Part shown: in pieces, positions 9,280 to 19,217 of the stretch
Layout: the number at the start of each line of letters is the position of its first letter
Numbering within the stretch: the stretch's first letter is position 1
IMG/VR virus record: IMGVR_UViG_3300042852_000025
Location: 1-64,000 of that record
Strand: one strand, 5' to 3'
DNA from: a virus
Lineage: Duplodnaviria > Caudoviricetes
DNA length: 64,000 nt
The notes under the pieces: model-generated
The model's database searches: none
Told to the model about the DNA's origin: nothing
The model's input: only the letters and a program-made list of their open reading frames with translations
Program-made: the position numbers and the translations under genes

Positions 9280-9648
9280 ATGTCTAAAATTGCAGAGTTC
9301 CGCGCTGCGGAGATAGAGCTGGGCAAACAACTGGCGGCTTTTGAAGCACTGAGAAACGACGCCGCGCTAAAGCGTGAGTTAGAGTTTGAAGGCGCCCTTA
9401 ACCGCCTGCTGGAAGACTACGGGGTTAGCCGGGAAACCTTAGTAAGTCTCTTAGGCTTAGCCCCTCGGCAAGAAGACAGTAAGGCTACCAGCGGCAAACG
9501 TAAGGTGATCAAGCGCGAGCCGGCCAAGACGTTCCTTAACCCGCACACCGGGGAGCGCCTGACGGTCAAACGCCTAAGCCATGGCACGTACAAAGAGTGG
9601 GTAGAAAAGTACGGTGAAGTCATCGTGCAAACCTGGCTACAAGACTAA
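9280..9648 (+). CDS. mvaT: MvaT/H-NS-family nucleoid protein, copy 1
   Basis: MSKIAEFRAAE...LKRELEFE N-terminus; NPHTGE...KEW..KYG C-terminus. Confidence 0.88.
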   Translation: MSKIAEFRAAEIELGKQLAAFEALRNDAALKRELEFEGALNRLLEDYGVSRETLVSLLGLAPRQEDSKATSGKRKVIKREPAKTFLNPHTGERLTVKRLSHGTYKEWVEKYGEVIVQTWLQD

Positions 9649-9678
9649 TCAAATCTGTGTCTAACTAAGGAAGTAAAG

Positions 9679-10059
9679 ATGTTTAAAATTGCTCAGTTTG
9701 TTGCGGCCGAAATGGCGCTGGCTAAACAAGTTACCGCTCTGGAAGAACTCAAGAACGACCCCGAGTTGAAGCGCGAGTTAGAGTTCTCCAATGACCTGGA
9801 CCAACTGCTGGCCAAGTACACGTTCACCCGGCCGAAGCTGTACAGTTTCCTGAGCGCCCAGCAGGCGGCGGTCAAGGCTGCGGATAAGAAGGCTGGCGGC
9901 GGGAAAAAGGCCCAGTCACAGACCGCGAAAATGAAACTCTGGACCAACCCGCACACCGGCGCCACCGTCGAGTCAGCGCGTCGTGACCACGCCACCCTGC
10001 TGGAGTGGACCAAGCAGTACGGACTGGAAGCCGTCCTGAGCTGGGCGCAGCCGATCTAA
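9679..10059 (+). CDS. mvaT: MvaT/H-NS-family nucleoid protein, copy 2
   Basis: LKNDPELKRELEF; NPHTGATVE...LLEWTKQYG..AV.SW. Confidence 0.85.
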   Translation: MFKIAQFVAAEMALAKQVTALEELKNDPELKRELEFSNDLDQLLAKYTFTRPKLYSFLSAQQAAVKAADKKAGGGKKAQSQTAKMKLWTNPHTGATVESARRDHATLLEWTKQYGLEAVLSWAQPI

Positions 10060-10491
10060 ATGAAGACGCAGGATATGCCTTGCCCGCATTACATCCTCGA
10101 CGGCCACACCCCGGTGCCCACGTATGAGCTGATGGTGTGGGCGAACTGGTACCAGACCGCCGAACGCCACGTCGGCAACACCCGGATTGGGCGTATCCGC
10201 ATCAGCACGGTGTTTCTCAGCATTGACCATGGCTTTGACAGCAACCAACCGCCGGTGCTGTTCGAAACCATGGTGTTTGGTGGTGGTGTGCTGAACGAAG
10301 CGATGCTGCGCTACTGCACCTGGGAAGAGGCCGAGGCCGGGCACAAGGACATGGTCGAGTGTGTACAGGCCATGGTCGACCGCCTGCAACGCTACGATGC
10401 GCTGCGGATGCACGACCCTTACCTGCGCTTCCCTAAACCCAAGCGAGCACCGTTCTGGCGCCCGAACCCGCTGTTACGAGGGACGTACTAA
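10060..10491 (+). CDS. Conserved phage hypothetical protein
   Basis: ISTVFLSIDH...PPVLFETMVFGG motif. Confidence 0.75.
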   Translation: MKTQDMPCPHYILDGHTPVPTYELMVWANWYQTAERHVGNTRIGRIRISTVFLSIDHGFDSNQPPVLFETMVFGGGVLNEAMLRYCTWEEAEAGHKDMVECVQAMVDRLQRYDALRMHDPYLRFPKPKRAPFWRPNPLLRGTY

Positions 10492-10721
10492 TGGAAATGG
10501 ATAACTACCTGGCCATCTGGACGGTGTACGACAACCCCAAGGACTTCCCGGGGTTGTTTGTGGCACGCAAAAGTGAGGCCCGCAAAGGTTTGGTGCTGCA
10601 CACGCACGAAGTGCTGACCGCTACGACGCTGGAAGAACTGCGCGAGCTGATCCCCACCGGGCTGTTTTGCGCGCCTCGCGACCCATCCGATGAACCGCAG
10701 ATCGTGGAGTGCTGGTTTTGA
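10491..10721 (+). CDS. Conserved hypothetical protein
   Basis: [17 protein letters not shown]...[13 protein letters not shown]. Confidence 0.75.
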   Translation: MEMDNYLAIWTVYDNPKDFPGLFVARKSEARKGLVLHTHEVLTATTLEELRELIPTGLFCAPRDPSDEPQIVECWF

Positions 10722-11152
10722 ACGACATCGAGGACCTGCTAACCCGTGCCCGCGCCGCGTTGCAGACGCCAGAACCGGAGTCACAAACCCCCTTCCGGGT
10801 CCTGCCCAAAGAGGTGCCGGTGCCGATCCCGCGCAGCAACTACGGCGGCGGAAACTCCCGTGAAGCGGACAAGTTCGTGGTGCGCATGCCGGACGACATG
10901 CGCGAGCGCATGGCGCGCTTCGCCCGCCTGCATTTCCGCAGCATGAACTCGGAATGTCTGGTGGCGATGGAGTGGTGGATGGACCGGCAGGCGCTGATGT
11001 GGACGATGTTGCAGGCCATAGAGCGCGAGCTGACCCTGCAGGAAAGCATCAGCAGCAACGCCATCGGGGAGACGCTGGACCTCTTGGCCCAACGCCACCC
11101 CAACGCGAAGGAAGCGATCAAGCAGCTGCGGGCGCAGCTCCCCGCTGGCTAG
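10718..11152 (+). CDS. Arc-family (AmrZ/AlgZ-like) DNA-binding protein
   Basis: [17 protein letters not shown]...RSMNSE; start codon uncertain (TTG 10718 or GTG 10709). Confidence 0.85.
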   Translation: MNDIEDLLTRARAALQTPEPESQTPFRVLPKEVPVPIPRSNYGGGNSREADKFVVRMPDDMRERMARFARLHFRSMNSECLVAMEWWMDRQALMWTMLQAIERELTLQESISSNAIGETLDLLAQRHPNAKEAIKQLRAQLPAG

Positions 11153-11355
11153 TCGACGGCGGCGCTGCGTTCCGCCACCTGCGTGCGCAGCGCGTCGGCC
11201 TGGTGGTCATTGAGGAAGCCGTGAAACAGCAGGAACTGGATACAGGTCTGCGCCCGGCCAGTGTTCGAATTACTCTCCCACGCGCCATTGGTGGCGTGCG
11301 CTTCTGGCCACGGCTTGACCTTCTTCGCTTGGACAGGGATAGGGGGGTTGCTCAC
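11149..11355 (-). CDS. Small hypothetical protein (68 aa), antisense to the early region
   Basis: GGAG 6 nt before GTG; fills an otherwise empty gap; stop overlaps Arc gene stop. Confidence 0.5.
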   Translation of the reverse strand: MSNPPIPVQAKKVKPWPEAHATNGAWESNSNTGRAQTCIQFLLFHGFLNDHQADALRTQVAERSAAVD

Positions 11356-11493
11356 GGCGTTCTCCAGGCCCGCAACGGGCTCAGCTGAAAAGAGGGAAGG
11401 GCACAAGCCCCCCCTAAGTGTGGCAGGGAATCCAGAATCCCAAACCTCTGAACTACGCTCAGGTGATCTAAGACGCCCGAGAAGAGGTGCCCG

Positions 11494-11757
11494 ATGCACA
11501 TACAAGAACTGCGTGCGCTGCTGGAAAAAGGCGTGACCCGCATAATCTTTCTGAAAGCCGACAACAGCGAGCGCACCCTGCTCGCGACCCTTCACCCCTC
11601 CCGCATGCCACCCCCGCCACCGGTTGAAGCCGGCGCGAAACCGGGGCGTCCGATGCCCGCCGGCAACCTGCTGGTATGGGACACCGAAGCCCAGGCCCTG
11701 CGCAGCTTTTGCGTCGACCGCTTGCTGGAGGTGCCGGTACTCATTGAGGAACTTTGA
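11494..11757 (+). CDS. WYL_2/SH3 beta-barrel fold protein
   Basis: FLKADNSERTLLATL...VWDTEAQALRSF. Confidence 0.75.
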   Translation: MHIQELRALLEKGVTRIIFLKADNSERTLLATLHPSRMPPPPPVEAGAKPGRPMPAGNLLVWDTEAQALRSFCVDRLLEVPVLIEEL

Positions 11758-11758
11758 C

Positions 11759-12502
11759 ATGAACGCAATGGAGATCCGCGAGCAGGAACGCCGGCTCGCG
11801 GCGCTGACCTTTGACCAGTCGCCGTGCCGGGCCTTCCGGCTCTACCCGGATGACGGCGACGAGGACGAGTGGATCGACATCAAACCCGGCAAGGATGGGG
11901 AAGCCTTCCTGACCTACTGGATGCTCAACGAAGCCCGTCGCCGCTTGCGACTGGTGGGCCTGTCCGAAGTGGAGCCGGGCGTGTGGACCTTGGCGTTGCA
12001 TTTCAATGGCGATCGCTGGGCGTCTTACACCCTGCGCGCCGTGGCCTGCAGCAGTTGGTCGGGTGTGCTGTTCCCGCTGGCGGATATGGTGAAGAATCTG
12101 CCGGAGGGGGTGGTGCTGGACCCCGAAGAACTCGACTTCGCCCTGGAGCTGGAGACCGATCTGATCGGCCTCGCCCTGCCCGGGGCGAGCTGGACGGTGC
12201 TGTGGTTCCTCGCCAGCGAGTACAACGAATACGAAGTGGAACGGCTGGCCAAGAAGCTGGAGGACCCGTTTCAACGGACGGCCTACCTGCAGGAACGGAG
12301 CCCGTTGACCGGACTGCCCCGGCCGGCCCTGACCTTGGAACACCCCAACGCGGTCCCGCTGGAACCCATTCAGTTCCTGCCGCCGCAACTCGGAATCACG
12401 GTCGACCCCGACCAAGCCACCAGCAAGCGCCTGTTCAAAGAACACTGGATCTTGCGACTGTTGAACCCACCTGAAAAGGATCACTGCCATGATGCCAAGT
12501 AA
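11759..12502 (+). CDS. Hypothetical protein
   Basis: GAGGA RBS; long ORF. Confidence 0.7.
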   Translation: MNAMEIREQERRLAALTFDQSPCRAFRLYPDDGDEDEWIDIKPGKDGEAFLTYWMLNEARRRLRLVGLSEVEPGVWTLALHFNGDRWASYTLRAVACSSWSGVLFPLADMVKNLPEGVVLDPEELDFALELETDLIGLALPGASWTVLWFLASEYNEYEVERLAKKLEDPFQRTAYLQERSPLTGLPRPALTLEHPNAVPLEPIQFLPPQLGITVDPDQATSKRLFKEHWILRLLNPPEKDHCHDAK

Positions 12503-12941
12503 CGTTCTAAGCCTCGCGGACTTCCGCACCAGACGCGGTTTGCCCGAGGTGTTCCAGGACACCCGCACGCCGCTGGAACGGGTCGTCGCCCGCTACCGCA
12601 AGTTTGACCTGTGCCGTGACAGCCCGGTCCAACCGCTCGCCGCGTTGCGGGTCCTAGCGGATCGCTGCGCCAAGGCGATCGTCCAGTGGGCCGAACAGGA
12701 AGGGCGCCCAGTCGCCGACGCCGCACGCTTCCAGTTCTTCGCCATCGGCGCACAAGGGGATGAAGTGTTGCAGGTCCGAGTCAGCCGGCTCGGACCTGCA
12801 AAAGGACCGTGGCAGGCACTGGAATTTAGAATGGACTGCGACACCCTGCGCGTGGTGCCGACTGCGTATGCACAGGATGGGGCCGAAGTGTTCAAACCCT
12901 TGCTCACGCTGCCGATGTCCGGGTTTTACCGGCTACGCTGA
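12489..12941 (+). CDS. Hypothetical protein
   Basis: AAGGA RBS; in array. Confidence 0.65.
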   Translation: MMPSNVLSLADFRTRRGLPEVFQDTRTPLERVVARYRKFDLCRDSPVQPLAALRVLADRCAKAIVQWAEQEGRPVADAARFQFFAIGAQGDEVLQVRVSRLGPAKGPWQALEFRMDCDTLRVVPTAYAQDGAEVFKPLLTLPMSGFYRLR

Positions 12942-12989
12942 AGGTATGCGGCGGAGGATCACCGTCGCGCATACCAACAGGAAGCCACG

Positions 12990-13514
12990 ATGACCAGAAA
13001 GCGCACGCCGTTAAGCGAGTGGTCGAAAGACAACACTCAATTCAAGATCATCAAGAACGGGACGCTGGCCTATGAGGCCGTGACCAGCACGAGCCGGGTC
13101 CGCGGTTCGTTGGGCCAGCCGTCCACCGTCCTCTACGATTCGATCGCGTTGCGGTACAACCAGTGCGAACCGGGCGACCTGTTCCTGATGAGCCTGCCGA
13201 ACAACCCGGCGCTGTACAACATGCGCAAACATTTCAAGGCTCGCGGGCTGGCGGAAACGGACTATCGCGTGTTCCGTCCGTTGTGTGATGAGACGGGCGC
13301 ACACTTCAAACCCAGCAAGCGCCCGGTCGCGGTTCAACGCCTGACGGCCGCCCGCATGAACCCCCTGCAACCCTTCCCGCGAGAAGCCGCGGCGCTGGCA
13401 AAAGCCGCCGAGGAACGGGGCGTCGATGCGTTCCTTGTGCAAGATGAAAACCCAGTAAAACCGGGGCCTGCAGACGAGTTTTCGGCAGGAAATGGGAACG
13501 TGGTTAATACTTAA
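12990..13514 (+). CDS. Hypothetical protein
   Basis: AGGA RBS; followed by terminator. Confidence 0.7.
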   Translation: MTRKRTPLSEWSKDNTQFKIIKNGTLAYEAVTSTSRVRGSLGQPSTVLYDSIALRYNQCEPGDLFLMSLPNNPALYNMRKHFKARGLAETDYRVFRPLCDETGAHFKPSKRPVAVQRLTAARMNPLQPFPREAAALAKAAEERGVDAFLVQDENPVKPGPADEFSAGNGNVVNT

Positions 13515-13574
13515 GTCTTGAGGGTTAGCGTGCGAGTGACCGGCCCAAGCGAAAGGCCGGCGCTCGAATTTTAT

Positions 13575-13599
13575 CGCCCGGGAAACCGGGCGTTTTTTT
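13575..13599 (+). terminator. Intrinsic terminator/attenuator hairpin
   Basis: CGCCCGG-GAAA-CCGGGCG followed by 7 T. Confidence 0.75.
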
Positions 13600-13661
13600 C
13601 CCTCGACCTTCTGTGCTGGGCACATTGTCCTCCCGTTTTGGGGGGTTGACCGGGGCGCTTA

Positions 13662-13913
13662 ATGAATCCGCATTTCCTTCCTACGACCGGCGAAAAATTG
13701 ACTGACGCACAGCGGTTGGACTTCCTCCGTCAAGTCGTCGAAGCACACAATCTCTCCCACAACGACCTGGCTCGCTTCACCGGTTATGCCCGTGACAGCG
13801 TGTCCGGTTGGTTCACGGAAAAAACCTCGCCGCGCCACCGTGCTGTGCCCGTTCGGGCGTTTGACCGCCTGCTCAACGAACTGCGTTTGGGTACCGTCAA
13901 GGGCAGCAAGTAA
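13662..13913 (+). CDS. Small XRE/Cro-like HTH protein
   Basis: LSHNDLARFTGYARDSVSGW helix-turn-helix pattern. Confidence 0.7.
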   Translation: MNPHFLPTTGEKLTDAQRLDFLRQVVEAHNLSHNDLARFTGYARDSVSGWFTEKTSPRHRAVPVRAFDRLLNELRLGTVKGSK

Positions 13914-13927
13914 GCGGGGGCGGGGCC

Positions 13928-16750
13928 ATGTATCACTACTATCAGCGTTCGGAACATGACGCCTGGTTTCTGCTCTCCAGTCAGGGTGAAGAGAACCCGG
14001 TGGAGCTGGCCAAGGCGCAGGGCGCGAAGAAACTGACCATCCTCGCCCTGAACCAGATGGTCAACGACGGTACCGAGGCCGAGCTGCCGCGCAACCGCGA
14101 CAAGATCGGCTACCGTGGCCCGCTGTATTTCGACATCGACTGCAAGAATGATTTGGCTCAGGCCATCACCAGCGGCCAGGAACTGGTCGGCAAACTGACC
14201 CGCATGGGCGTGCCGAAAGGCTGCCTCGAAATCTTTCTCTCGGGCAGCAAGGGCCTGCACGTCCTGGTCAACGAAAGCCTGTTTGGTGCCCGCCGTTTCA
14301 CCCTGCGCCTGCCGGAAATCTACAAGGAAATGGCCCGCGACCTGTTCGTGATCGGCCTCGACTATTCCGTGTACAGCAGCGGCCGGGGCAACAGTTTCCG
14401 CATCGTCAATCTGCAACGCCATGACGGCAAGTACCGGGTGCCGGTGAGCCCCGAGGAACTGGCCGAGCTGACGGTCGATCGCTACCACGAACTGGTGAAG
14501 GCGCCCCGGGTGGTGGAAGTCGACGACCCGCAGGGGCTGGTGGTGCATGAACTCAAGGCCATGTTTGAAGAGGCCAAGAAGCGCGTCAACGCCAAGCCGA
14601 AGTTGGTGATCATTGCGTCATCAGCCGACATGGAAGCGATCCGTGAGCCGGTCCCGACCTGCATCCAGATGCTGTGCGACAGCGACTCGCTGAAAGCCGA
14701 TGCGTCCTACAACCAGGCCGCCACCCAGTTGGCCGCGTACATCGTGCGTGCCGGGGTGTCGCAGACGGTGAGCGAAAGCCTGGCGGCGCGGCTGGCCAGC
14801 AGCGCCAAGTCGAGCAAGTACAACACCGCCAAGTTGCGCCGCGATCACATCGAAGCGCAGATCCGCTACGTCGAACACACCCCGACGTTCAGCTTTGGCT
14901 GCAACGCGATCCGCGCCCTGCTCAGCAAGCGCCCGTGTGAAGGCTGCGCGATCGAGGCCGGGGCGAACAAGGGTGGCGACCAGGACGCCGGCCTGTGTGC
15001 CTTGGTTGAACCGGACGGCTATTACATCCGCCTGGGGGACGGCAAGCGGCGCATCAGCAACTTCACCCTGTCGCCGATCGACGTGTTCATTGACGTACCG
15101 CAGGACGGTACCGCCCCGCGCCGGGTCGGCACCCGGATGGCGGTGATGAAGGACGGCAACGAGCTGTCCAAGATCATTTTCAAAGAAGCGGCCTTCGCCA
15201 GCCGCTCAGCGTTTCTGAAAGAACTGGAAGGCCTCACTGACCTGACGTTTCAGGGGTCCGACTTGGAGATTCAGAAAATCAAACTCGCAATTTTCCGGGA
15301 GGCTCAGGACGTGGGAGAAATTTTCCAGGTCTACACCGCCGGGGTTCACATGGACTTCGTCGAAGACATCCCGCTGTTCACCTATGTCGAACCTGATATG
15401 TCGGTGAACACGGTCAAGGTGCGCGGCACCCACCAGTTCCTCGGCAACCTGGTCGCCCGTCCTTACTTTGCGCACACCACCATGCCCGAGAGCGGTGATC
15501 AGACCGTGGACAATGTGTTGGACAACCTGCTCAGGATCAACCAGAAACACGAAGTGGGCATGCTGATTGGCTGGTGCATCGCGGCGCATTTTAAGACGCA
15601 CCTGATGTACCTCTACAGCCAGTTTCCTGTGCTCGCCCTGTGGGGCAGCGCCGGCTCCGGCAAGTCGAAGACCGCCGGCCTGGTCACCTGGCTCAACGGC
15701 ACCGACTACATGCTCAAGGACTCCGGGGTTAGCGCCCCGTCGACCTCGCCCTACGGCATGCTGGATTACCTGTCGAGCACCACCACGGTTCCCCGGATCA
15801 TTGAAGAATTCAACAAGTCCAAGATGACCAGCCATGCCTACAAGGACGTGGGCGAGCGGATCAAGCAGGCCTGGAACGCCGAGTCGACCTTGAAAGGCAA
15901 GCTCGGCCGGGGCATGGGTCGCACCGGCGCCGAAGCGGTGGCCATCCCCCTGTCCTCGCCGCTGTTGGTGATTTCCGAGCAAGAGATTGAAATCCCGGCG
16001 ATCCAGGAACGCAGCATTCGCGTACACCTGACCAAACAGAAGCGCGGCAAATGCCGCGAGCCGTTCTTTCTGGCCAGCGAAGGGCGCCAGCACCTGCGCC
16101 GGCTCGGCAAGGCCATGATGGCCAAGGCGCTGACCACCACGCCCGAGGAAATCGAAGTGCTGATGCGCAAGGCGTCGGACCTGCTGCCCAAGGACATGGA
16201 CGATCGCCCCCGCTACTCGCAGCAGGTGGTGTTGGTCGGGCTGTGGCAGTTGCAGGCGGTGTGTGAAGAACTGCACCTGTTCCAGGCGCTGAAAACGTTG
16301 GCGCCAATCATCGACGTGGTGATCGGCCGTTTCGATGCCCCGGACCAAGGTTATGTGCAGAGCGAAATCGACCTGGTGCTGCAAAAGCTCGCGATCATCG
16401 TGGCCATTTCGCGCAGCATGCAGGAAGCGGGGCAGGGCTACGTGCATCTGGTCGAAGGCCTACACTACGCAGTGACGCCGGAATACCTGATCCTCGACCC
16501 GGTGCTAGGTCATGCCGCCTACACCCGCTTCTGCACCGTCGAGGAACGCACCGCGCCAGTGATCAGCAGCGGGGCGCAGTTCACCAAGTTGATCAACGAA
16601 GAACCCTATTTCATCAAGTACGCGCCATTCGCCGGGTTGGGTGGTGGCCGTCCGATGCTCTACCTGTCGCTCAAAGAAATGCAGGGTAAGAACATCGACA
16701 CCAGCCTGCTCGGCTGGGAGGGTGGTTATGACCGCTCCTACACTAGCTGA
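13928..16750 (+). CDS. Primase-helicase (AEP-like primase plus P-loop NTPase)
   Basis: LYFDID and SGSKGLH AEP motifs; Cys cluster; Walker A GSAGSGKS. Confidence 0.8.
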   Translation: MYHYYQRSEHDAWFLLSSQGEENPVELAKAQGAKKLTILALNQMVNDGTEAELPRNRDKIGYRGPLYFDIDCKNDLAQAITSGQELVGKLTRMGVPKGCLEIFLSGSKGLHVLVNESLFGARRFTLRLPEIYKEMARDLFVIGLDYSVYSSGRGNSFRIVNLQRHDGKYRVPVSPEELAELTVDRYHELVKAPRVVEVDDPQGLVVHELKAMFEEAKKRVNAKPKLVIIASSADMEAIREPVPTCIQMLCDSDSLKADASYNQAATQLAAYIVRAGVSQTVSESLAARLASSAKSSKYNTAKLRRDHIEAQIRYVEHTPTFSFGCNAIRALLSKRPCEGCAIEAGANKGGDQDAGLCALVEPDGYYIRLGDGKRRISNFTLSPIDVFIDVPQDGTAPRRVGTRMAVMKDGNELSKIIFKEAAFASRSAFLKELEGLTDLTFQGSDLEIQKIKLAIFREAQDVGEIFQVYTAGVHMDFVEDIPLFTYVEPDMSVNTVKVRGTHQFLGNLVARPYFAHTTMPESGDQTVDNVLDNLLRINQKHEVGMLIGWCIAAHFKTHLMYLYSQFPVLALWGSAGSGKSKTAGLVTWLNGTDYMLKDSGVSAPSTSPYGMLDYLSSTTTVPRIIEEFNKSKMTSHAYKDVGERIKQAWNAESTLKGKLGRGMGRTGAEAVAIPLSSPLLVISEQEIEIPAIQERSIRVHLTKQKRGKCREPFFLASEGRQHLRRLGKAMMAKALTTTPEEIEVLMRKASDLLPKDMDDRPRYSQQVVLVGLWQLQAVCEELHLFQALKTLAPIIDVVIGRFDAPDQGYVQSEIDLVLQKLAIIVAISRSMQEAGQGYVHLVEGLHYAVTPEYLILDPVLGHAAYTRFCTVEERTAPVISSGAQFTKLINEEPYFIKYAPFAGLGGGRPMLYLSLKEMQGKNIDTSLLGWEGGYDRSYTS

Positions 16751-18260
16751 ATACTTTCAGCGCGCCGGCATCGAACGGTACCCATCGTTCGCCCCGTTCG
16801 TGCAACTCAAGCACACCCCATTCCAGTCGCAGGTCGAAGGCCTGAGCCTGTGCGTGCATTACCAGTGGTTCGGCCTGCTCGATGAGACCGGTGCGGGTAA
16901 GTCTATTCCCGTGGTGGGGGCGGCCCTTCACTACATTGGCCTGGGCAACAAGGTCGTGGTGCTGACGCTGGCCACCCTGATCTACCAGTTCGCCGAGTCG
17001 GTGACCGAAGAATTCCAGGGCGTCGACAAGTACGTGCGCGTCCATGTGCTGGATGAACCGCCGGCCAAACGCGCCAAGCTGATCGAGCAGTGGGACAGCG
17101 AAGGCTGGCCAGAAATGATGGTCATGAGCTACGAGCTGTTTAGCCACCAGAAGCTGTGCAAGATCCTCAAGGAAAAGGGCTACGACGTGCTGATCACGGA
17201 CGAGAGCCAGAAGTGGAAGTCACCGGAAAGCACGCTGGCCAAGCGCATTGGCGAGTACGTGGGCGACCCGGCGCAGCCGGACACCGCGTTCTTTCCCATG
17301 ACCGGCACGCCGATGCACACCTACATGAGCGATTGCTACACCCTGATCACCTTCATGAGCCCGGGGGCGTACCTGTCCTACGACCACTTCTGTCGCCGGC
17401 ACTGCCGTTACAAGCTGATCCGCTTGAAGGTGCCCAAGATCACCAGCAGTGGCAAACGCATCAGCCGGGTCAAGGAACTGGTGGGCTACCAGCGGCACGC
17501 CGAGTTGTCGGCCAACCTGTATGCCCGCTGCCGGCGTGTGCTGAAAAGCCAGATCCCGGAACTGCGCGACCTGAAAGAGCCGATCATTACCGAAGTGCCG
17601 GTCAGGCTGAGCCCGGCGCACCGCGAGGCGTACCGCAAACTCACCATCGAACGCTTCATCGACTTCGGCGACGGCACCATTCTCTCGGCCCTGCAGGAGC
17701 AGGAGCTGCGCCAGAAGGTGTTGCAGATTGTCACCTGCCCGGAACTGTTCCTGCCCGAAGGCACCAAGATCGACAACCAGGTGCTCGCCACCTGCCGCGA
17801 CCTGACCGAGGCGCACACCGCCGATTCCAAGGTGATCCTGTTCGTGAATTTCAGGGAGACCGTGGCGCGCTATGCCGAGTTCTTCGCGGACATGAACCCG
17901 GCGACCATGAACGGTGATCTGTCCGCGACCCAGCGCAAGGCGATGACCGAGAAGTTCCTGAATGACCCGACCTGCCGGCTGCTGGTGGCCAACCCACGAT
18001 CGGCCGGGGCGGGCTTCAACTTCCAAGGGGTCAGTCACACGGTGATCTTTGCCGAACCGACCGGCTCACCGGGGGAATTCAAGCAGGCGATGGACCGTGT
18101 CGTCAGGCCGGGCCAGCTCTGGCAGTGCAACATTTACGTGTTGAAGGCGCTGGAAACCCTAGCGCCCAACGCCATCCGCAACATGCTCAGGCGTGATCAG
18201 GACATCGGGCAAGTGACCCTCGATCCTCGCACCCTGCGCCACTTTTACAACGTCGCATAA
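16728..18260 (+). CDS. SNF2-like SF2 helicase
   Basis: DETGAGKS, ITDESQ, MTGTP, GAGFNFQ, QAMDRVVRPGQ. Confidence 0.9.
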   Translation: MTAPTLAEYFQRAGIERYPSFAPFVQLKHTPFQSQVEGLSLCVHYQWFGLLDETGAGKSIPVVGAALHYIGLGNKVVVLTLATLIYQFAESVTEEFQGVDKYVRVHVLDEPPAKRAKLIEQWDSEGWPEMMVMSYELFSHQKLCKILKEKGYDVLITDESQKWKSPESTLAKRIGEYVGDPAQPDTAFFPMTGTPMHTYMSDCYTLITFMSPGAYLSYDHFCRRHCRYKLIRLKVPKITSSGKRISRVKELVGYQRHAELSANLYARCRRVLKSQIPELRDLKEPIITEVPVRLSPAHREAYRKLTIERFIDFGDGTILSALQEQELRQKVLQIVTCPELFLPEGTKIDNQVLATCRDLTEAHTADSKVILFVNFRETVARYAEFFADMNPATMNGDLSATQRKAMTEKFLNDPTCRLLVANPRSAGAGFNFQGVSHTVIFAEPTGSPGEFKQAMDRVVRPGQLWQCNIYVLKALETLAPNAIRNMLRRDQDIGQVTLDPRTLRHFYNVA

Positions 18261-18345
18261 GACGACGGCACGAATTCCGGGGGACCGGGATAACAAGCGG
18301 CGGTAACAGCCGCAATTTGAATGACATTTTGAAGTTCGAAGGGGA

Positions 18346-19137
18346 ATGACAATGCCACTGATCAAAGATGGTAGCGCTGTGAGCAAGGACGCGGTGGAAA
18401 CCGCAGAAGCGAGCGCCGCACAAAACTCCGAAGCCCTGCAGGAAGAGGCCTCCGCATTGGAGGAACCGGCTGTCCTGGACCCTGAACCGGCTGCGCAACC
18501 TGCGGCTCAACCCACCACCACCGCTGTCGCCCCTCGCGCCGATGCGCCTGCGGCTCGCAGCAATGGCAGCCAGATGGCAGCCATGCAGGAAATGGAAGAC
18601 GCCGGTTTTGGTGGCGGTCACATCGACTTCACGTCGTTCACTAACATCGTGCTCAAGGATGGCGAGTTCCAACTGGTCGGCACCACCAAGTCGTTCTCCG
18701 CGACCGAAGGGTTCACCGGCACCATCCTGCAGGGTCGCGCCAAATGGGCGATGCGTGTGGGCAACGACGACGACGCCGACGTGTGCTTTGCCTACAACAA
18801 GGCGGAATTCAACGATGTCGAGACCGAGTCCGGGGCCAAGGTGGCCGAGTGGCGTGCGGAAAACCTGAAGCCCGAGCTGAAGGAATACGCCGAACTCTTT
18901 GTCATGGTCGACAAGATCCACGCCGGTGAATGCAAGGAGCTGGAAGGTGACGCCGTGGTGGTGCAGGTGTCGCCGATGTCGATCGGTCGCTGGGCGGGCT
19001 TTAAGTTCAAGATGCAAAGCCGCACCGGCCGCCTTCCAAACGGCTACAAAACCCTGTTCATCCGTGGCGAAAAGGTCACGGCCGCCAAGTTCCCGTTCTA
19101 CCCATGGGATTTCAAGTTTGTTGAATTGAACGCCTAA
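18346..19137 (+). CDS. Putative ssDNA-binding/annealing protein
   Basis: Position between helicase and polymerase; acidic N-terminus with beta-rich aromatic core; function inferred from context. Confidence 0.5.
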   Translation: MTMPLIKDGSAVSKDAVETAEASAAQNSEALQEEASALEEPAVLDPEPAAQPAAQPTTTAVAPRADAPAARSNGSQMAAMQEMEDAGFGGGHIDFTSFTNIVLKDGEFQLVGTTKSFSATEGFTGTILQGRAKWAMRVGNDDDADVCFAYNKAEFNDVETESGAKVAEWRAENLKPELKEYAELFVMVDKIHAGECKELEGDAVVVQVSPMSIGRWAGFKFKMQSRTGRLPNGYKTLFIRGEKVTAAKFPFYPWDFKFVELNA

Positions 19138-19217
19138 GCCTCACGGCTAGCTGTGGTTTGCCGGCGGGCAGTTGCACGCCGGCACTCTCTCTTGTCGTCC
19201 GAGGAATGGGGTGCAAC

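Noticed and set aside
11219-11288. tRNA-like GTTCGAAT...CCA
   Set aside because: T-stem and acceptor stem pair poorly and there are no D or anticodon arms; the region is better explained by the antisense ORF
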